Shown here one piece after another: positions 27,908 through 32,000 of a stretch of DNA of 32,000 nt. Origin of the DNA: Candidatus Kuenenia stuttgartensis (GTDB lineage: Bacteria; Planctomycetota; Brocadiia; Brocadiales; Brocadiaceae); contig NZ_LT934425.1 in the NCBI RefSeq assembly GCF_900232105.1, positions 2,670,001-2,702,000 of the forward strand. The letters run 5' to 3'. Below the pieces are notes generated by a model, which did not search any database, was not told the origin of the DNA, and saw only the letters and a list, made by a program, of their open reading frames with translations. Position 1 is the stretch's first letter. Each line of letters starts with the position of its first letter. Made by a program: the position numbers and the translations under genes.

Positions 27908-28001
27908 ACAATATTTTTCACGTTTAATTGTTTAGCAGTTATTATTTACCAATACAGCTACATTTTATTCTTACGTCCTGCACAAAAATCGGCACGGCAT
28001 T

Positions 28002-28016
28002 AACCCTGACAGGGTT
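28002..28016. repeat. 15-nt palindrome AACCCTGACAGGGTT, copy 2
   Basis: Identical 20-nt TTAACCCTGACAGGGTTGTT also at 10199-10218. Confidence 0.7.
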
Positions 28017-28146
28017 GTTCTTTCATTTTTCAAGGGTTAGGCAGATTTGAAACCTGCCTATATCAAAAAATTGCTGCAGCATCTGAAATAAAAACGTCGC
28101 AGTAGCGATACTTTGTAACAGTTTGGATTTTAGAAAAAGCAAAAAT

Positions 28147-28198
28147 GCTCGTTCCCAGGTAGCGACAAGGCATGCCTTGTCGCTACCTGGGAACGAGC
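28147..28198. repeat. 52-bp perfect palindrome, GTTCCC family
   Basis: GCTCGTTCCCAGGTAGCGACAAGGCA / TGCCTTGTCGCTACCTGGGAACGAGC, 26-bp perfect arms, no loop; followed by GGTTTTTTTT on the plus strand. Confidence 0.95.
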
Positions 28199-28284
28199 GG
28201 TTTTTTTTATAGAACTAAAGTATTACGATACTTTTGATTCCGCCTTTTTACAATTTACGATTCAAAATCCCAAATCGTAAATTG

Positions 28285-30018
28285 TTACATTTTTTCCGAT
28301 TCTGCGATAATTTCTTCCTGTGATTTTACCAGCCATCGTATTTCAAAGCTGATGCACTCTGTTGCTTCGGCTTCAGAATATACCTGACGGCAGGAGTTGG
28401 GGACAAGTTCTACATTTTTAAATGCCGCGATTTTTTGTCCGGAAAGCGTTAGATTCTTAATCGGTTGTAAAACATGCTCTTCGATATAACGTATGCCAGG
28501 TTCTCTGCTTTCTCCTCTTATGCCCATAAGAAGACATTTTTTCACGATACTATCCTTTTGATTTTTCTTCGCTTTGCCTTCGCCGATATTTAACGCATCA
28601 GGGTCTATCCAGGAAGATTGCAGGGAGTTTATCGAGACATTGTCTGGAATTGACGCCAGTAATTTTTCCGTTGATTCAATCCAAAAAAATCGCGCGGGGT
28701 CTATGGATGATATAAATTCCAGTTCGGACTTTTTTTCATTGAAGATTTTATCAGCGTTCTTATAAGTGTTTTCAAGGTTTTTCACATTTTGCAGCATCGC
28801 CTGGTGATAATTGCGTGCGTTGTTAAGTTTGGAAATATGGGTGCGAAGCCCAATGTATTGAATGGCTATTAACAGCGCAAAACATCCAAGGGCTACGACT
28901 GCATAGGGTTTCATTTTTGCAATTTGTGCGGCTAGTATTCGCTCTTTAGGCAGTAAATTAATCGCTGTTTTTCCCAGTCCGATGCCTTGAATGGCTAGCC
29001 CCAGCGCAACACTTAATGAAGCACAATTACCGGAGAAAAGGGCTTGATCAACTGTGCGGGAAATTCTTATGTTATTTAAAGTATTTAATAATTCAACCTT
29101 ATAGGTGAAATTGTCCTGAATGGTTTTTTGTAATAACGGATCATTTGATTTATTCCCGACGAACAGGAGTTTTTCGAAATGGACAGTGTCTGTGCTTTTG
29201 CTCAAGGATTTATAATATTCCATAGACCGTTGTATTTCTTTTACAAAATCTGCATTTACCTCATGTAATGGAATAGTTCTCAGCCAGAAGTGCGCGTGAT
29301 CAATAATGATAAGGTCGGTATTTTCTTCCTCTCTGTTGACGATGATGGTTGGGCCTTCCACGTGTTGATCGAAAAGAACCAGATTATATATTGCTAACGG
29401 TGAACTAAGTATGCCGGTCAGGTTGAACTCCGGGAAAGAGATATTGTTTATAATGGAATCAAGTGTTTCCCGTTTTGACGCAAAAAATCCAATTTCGATG
29501 CCTTCTTCATTTGGAGTTCGCCCGGATAATCGATGATAATCCCACACAACGTCTTTAAGGTCGAACGGTATCTGCTGTTGTGCTTCAAAAGAAACAAGGC
29601 TTTTTAATTGCTTTTTGCTCACTAAAGGAATAGTGCTGAATCTTGACAAGGCAAGCTGTCCGGGAACGGAGACCACGACGTCCGTTTTTTTACTGAAAGT
29701 ATGCTTTGACAGAAAGATTTTAATTGCATCTCTGATGTGATGGGATTCCAGTAATTTTGTATTTGGCAGGGCAGCAGGGTACTCAATGATATCAAAGTCC
29801 ACAACGGTTACTTCATTATTTTTTTTAATAATCTTTACTGCCTTTAATGCATTGTTACCAATATCAAGCCCCAATACTGTTTTTATATTGTGCTGTTTAA
29901 AGAGGGAGGGCCTTTTTTGCAAAGCAGGTTTACACGTATCAGCGTGTTTTCGTGATTTCAATAAATGCATCATTTTCATATTGCCCGGTAAAAACCTCGT
30001 TTTTGCGCTTTTTTTCAT
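28285..30018 (-). CDS. PilM-PilN fusion, type IV pilus assembly
   Basis: PilM actin-like domain (TVLGLDIGNNALKAVKI...SFEAQQQIPFDLKDVVWDYHRL) followed by ALGLAIQGIGLGKTAINLLPKER, TM segment and coiled coil as in PilN. ORF opens at 30084; MKKSAKTR at 30018 is a likely start. Confidence 0.88.
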   Translation of the reverse strand: MKKSAKTRFLPGNMKMMHLLKSRKHADTCKPALQKRPSLFKQHNIKTVLGLDIGNNALKAVKIIKKNNEVTVVDFDIIEYPAALPNTKLLESHHIRDAIKIFLSKHTFSKKTDVVVSVPGQLALSRFSTIPLVSKKQLKSLVSFEAQQQIPFDLKDVVWDYHRLSGRTPNEEGIEIGFFASKRETLDSIINNISFPEFNLTGILSSPLAIYNLVLFDQHVEGPTIIVNREEENTDLIIIDHAHFWLRTIPLHEVNADFVKEIQRSMEYYKSLSKSTDTVHFEKLLFVGNKSNDPLLQKTIQDNFTYKVELLNTLNNIRISRTVDQALFSGNCASLSVALGLAIQGIGLGKTAINLLPKERILAAQIAKMKPYAVVALGCFALLIAIQYIGLRTHISKLNNARNYHQAMLQNVKNLENTYKNADKIFNEKKSELEFISSIDPARFFWIESTEKLLASIPDNVSINSLQSSWIDPDALNIGEGKAKKNQKDSIVKKCLLMGIRGESREPGIRYIEEHVLQPIKNLTLSGQKIAAFKNVELVPNSCRQVYSEAEATECISFEIRWLVKSQEEIIAESEKM

Positions 30019-30073
30019 TGTGGACTCGGTGTGCTTTGTGAGTACAATCTTCAAAAAGATATTTTTTGTCTTT

Positions 30074-31033
30074 TCAGCAAGCAAGCGTTTTCTTCAGTGC
30101 AGGATTTTTCAGAGCAAAGTAATCCAGGATGTTTTCTGCAAGGGAATCGGCATTTTCAGGTGAATCTGCCGTGACCCAGTGAATATCGGAGAAACTTCTA
30201 AACCAGGTCATTTGCCTTTTTGCTAACCGGCGCGTGCCTTGTTTGATTGCATTGACTGCATCCGGAAGCAAATAATTCCCTTTCAGTAAATCAATAACCT
30301 CCTTGTATCCAAGCGCTTGAGAAGCTTGTTTACTTAATCCCAGGGGGTTACTTATCAAAGCTTTCACTTCATCAATAAGACCCCGCGAAAACATATCATC
30401 CACGCGCGATTCTATACGCCGGTACAATTCTTTGCGATCATGCATAATCGCAACAACAATGCAATGGTACTTCGGATTTTTATTCCCAAACTGGGTTTGG
30501 TAAGAAGAAATGCTTATCCCCGTTTGTTGAAAAACCTCAAGCGCCCTGATTATCCTTCTCTGATCATTGGAGTGTAACCGGCTGGCGGTCTTTGGATCAA
30601 TTGTTTCAAGCATATGGTATAAAGACTCTGTTCCTTGTTCTTTTGCGATTGTTTTTAACCGGTTCCGATATTCCCAATTTGCCGGAGGACCGTCAAATAA
30701 ACCATCCATGATCGCTTTAAGATAAAGCGCCGTGCCGCCGACAACAATAAAGGGTTTTTCCTGTTCATAAAGATTATTCGTGATGATTTCAAAGTCTTTT
30801 ATATAATTTCCCACACTGTATTCTTCCCACGGTTCCCTAATATCTATTAAATAATGGGGAATTTTGGTTCTTGTCTCAGCGCATGGCTTTTCCGTCCCAA
30901 TATCCATGCCACGATAAATTAGCATAGAGTCGGCGGAAACAATCTCTGCCCCGGTTTTTTCAGCTATTTTCAGGGCTATTTGCGATTTTCCACTGGCAGT
31001 GGGGCCGGTTAGTATGCAGATTGTATGTGACAT
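30074..31033 (-). CDS. miaA: tRNA dimethylallyltransferase
   Basis: ILTGPTASGKSQIALKIAEKTGAEIVSADSMLIYRGMDIGTEKP, IPHYLIDIREPWEEYSV, ALGYKEVIDLL, TRRLAKRQMTWFR. Start MSHT at 31033 preferred over 31057. Confidence 0.97.
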   Translation of the reverse strand: MSHTICILTGPTASGKSQIALKIAEKTGAEIVSADSMLIYRGMDIGTEKPCAETRTKIPHYLIDIREPWEEYSVGNYIKDFEIITNNLYEQEKPFIVVGGTALYLKAIMDGLFDGPPANWEYRNRLKTIAKEQGTESLYHMLETIDPKTASRLHSNDQRRIIRALEVFQQTGISISSYQTQFGNKNPKYHCIVVAIMHDRKELYRRIESRVDDMFSRGLIDEVKALISNPLGLSKQASQALGYKEVIDLLKGNYLLPDAVNAIKQGTRRLAKRQMTWFRSFSDIHWVTADSPENADSLAENILDYFALKNPALKKTLAC

Positions 31034-31373
31034 AAAATTTTTATTTTCTGTTATCAAAAGCCAGGATGTTTTTATTATATTTTTTAGGGGACAGCCGTAA
31101 CAGCATTATACAAAATGATTTATAATAAGCAAAATAAATGTAATTCCGGCTTGTTCCCAAAATTCGTTCTTCTAGTTCCTACGCCCTGCGTCACATCAAA
31201 GTAAAGGCCATCGAATAATATGAAGCCTGTGCCACCAGACATAAAGCGTCTTGAATTCACACCTCTCCCACGGTAATTAATCAACTTGGGTACTTTCTGA
31301 CAAAAAAAACACTTTAAGAGTTCTGACATTAAGAGCAATAACCGAATAAAGTTGCTACCAAACCCAGCCTAAT

Positions 31374-31907
31374 TTAAAATTCCGTACCCTTTGCCATTTT
31401 TGCATTGTCTGATCCTCTGTTTTTCTTTAACGGGTCAAAAAAATTGTTTGAGGTAATTGCTGCTACATTTTGCATTCCATTTCCCATTACCGTTGCTATT
31501 TTCGAGGTGCAAACCATTTCGCATGCCGGCATGGAGCATAAATTGAGGATGCCGAAGATGATCGCACCACAGAGGATAGTCCCTTTAACAAATCCTAATA
31601 CCGCGCACAATACATTATACCAACCGCCCATTTTCAAATTGTCGACCATGTTTTTGGGAAAATCTGAAATAATTGTGGTTATAAGCGCTGCAAGGCCGAA
31701 CAGGATGAAATAACTCAATACATTGTGCAATGAAACCGAAAACACATTGCAGAAGATGTTGCTTATGACTGCATGGTAAAAAAGCGCCACACAAAAAGAG
31801 AGAAACAAACTACAGATTCTAAGAATTTGGCATATTGGTCCGTCAACAAAGCCAAAAATCACTGAAATACAAAGGACTACAGATAGTATTATATCAATCC
31901 AATTCAT
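31374..31907 (-). CDS. CvpA-family membrane protein
   Basis: NWIDIILSVVLCISVIFGFVDGPICQILRICSLFLSF and four-TM layout with FVKGTILCGAIIFGIL. Confidence 0.75.
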   Translation of the reverse strand: MNWIDIILSVVLCISVIFGFVDGPICQILRICSLFLSFCVALFYHAVISNIFCNVFSVSLHNVLSYFILFGLAALITTIISDFPKNMVDNLKMGGWYNVLCAVLGFVKGTILCGAIIFGILNLCSMPACEMVCTSKIATVMGNGMQNVAAITSNNFFDPLKKNRGSDNAKMAKGTEF

Positions 31908-32000
31908 TTATAAAAATCCCCTCTGAACTCGCCAAAATGGTATTGCTAATTCAAAGCGTTTAAAATTTCCCGGCACATTTTATTATAGGAATACAATGAA

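Noticed and set aside
28147-28198. Simple rho-independent terminator
   Set aside because: The T-run lies on the plus strand while surrounding pilus genes are minus strand, and the same palindrome type recurs elsewhere; a repeat element is the simpler explanation.
31120-31338. 72-aa minus-strand ORF (MLLMSELLKCFFCQKVP...)
   Set aside because: Short, no recognisable family or ribosome-site support; could be a remnant but unsupported.
1-32000. tRNA, rRNA or prophage genes
   Set aside because: No tRNA-like cloverleaf, rRNA core sequence, capsid, terminase or integrase pattern was noticed; a tRNAscan/Infernal run would be needed to confirm absence.

Overview
This 32 kb window is a bacterial chromosomal segment. 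Gene content (two-subunit-style pilus genes, RCC1 protein, many dispersed palindromes) would fit a Planctomycetota-like or anammox-like genome, but that is only an impression. No rRNA, tRNA or CRISPR array was seen. From left to right it holds: the 3' part of a sulfatase-family gene; a decayed metallophosphoesterase fragment; a CPBP protease; a secreted 7-unit RCC1-repeat protein; a CysQ-like phosphatase; a lone receiver domain; a Cache-HAMP-PAS histidine kinase coupled to a sigma54 response regulator; SppA; a TlpA-like thioredoxin; MnmA; a multiply frameshifted DASS transporter pseudogene; a hypothetical gene split by an intact ~2.0 kb IS; a decayed DUF4338/DruA-like fragment; an MsbA-like ABC exporter; a minus-strand type IV pilus cluster (PilX, PilW, PilV, FimT-like, TPR-secretin, two Pil accessory proteins, PilM-PilN fusion); MiaA; and a CvpA-like protein. 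The best-supported unusual observations are: (1) exact in-silico repair of the IS-split gene to a 463-aa ORF of unknown function, with a CTAG target duplication; (2) a large set of intergenic palindromes that fall into at least two families and share a modular tail; (3) a PilM-PilN fusion; (4) a ~60-aa insertion within the kinase dimerization/phosphotransfer domain; (5) a TPR-bearing secretin and a PilX-like prepilin with a large passenger. I do not see convincing evidence of a complete, previously undescribed multi-gene system.
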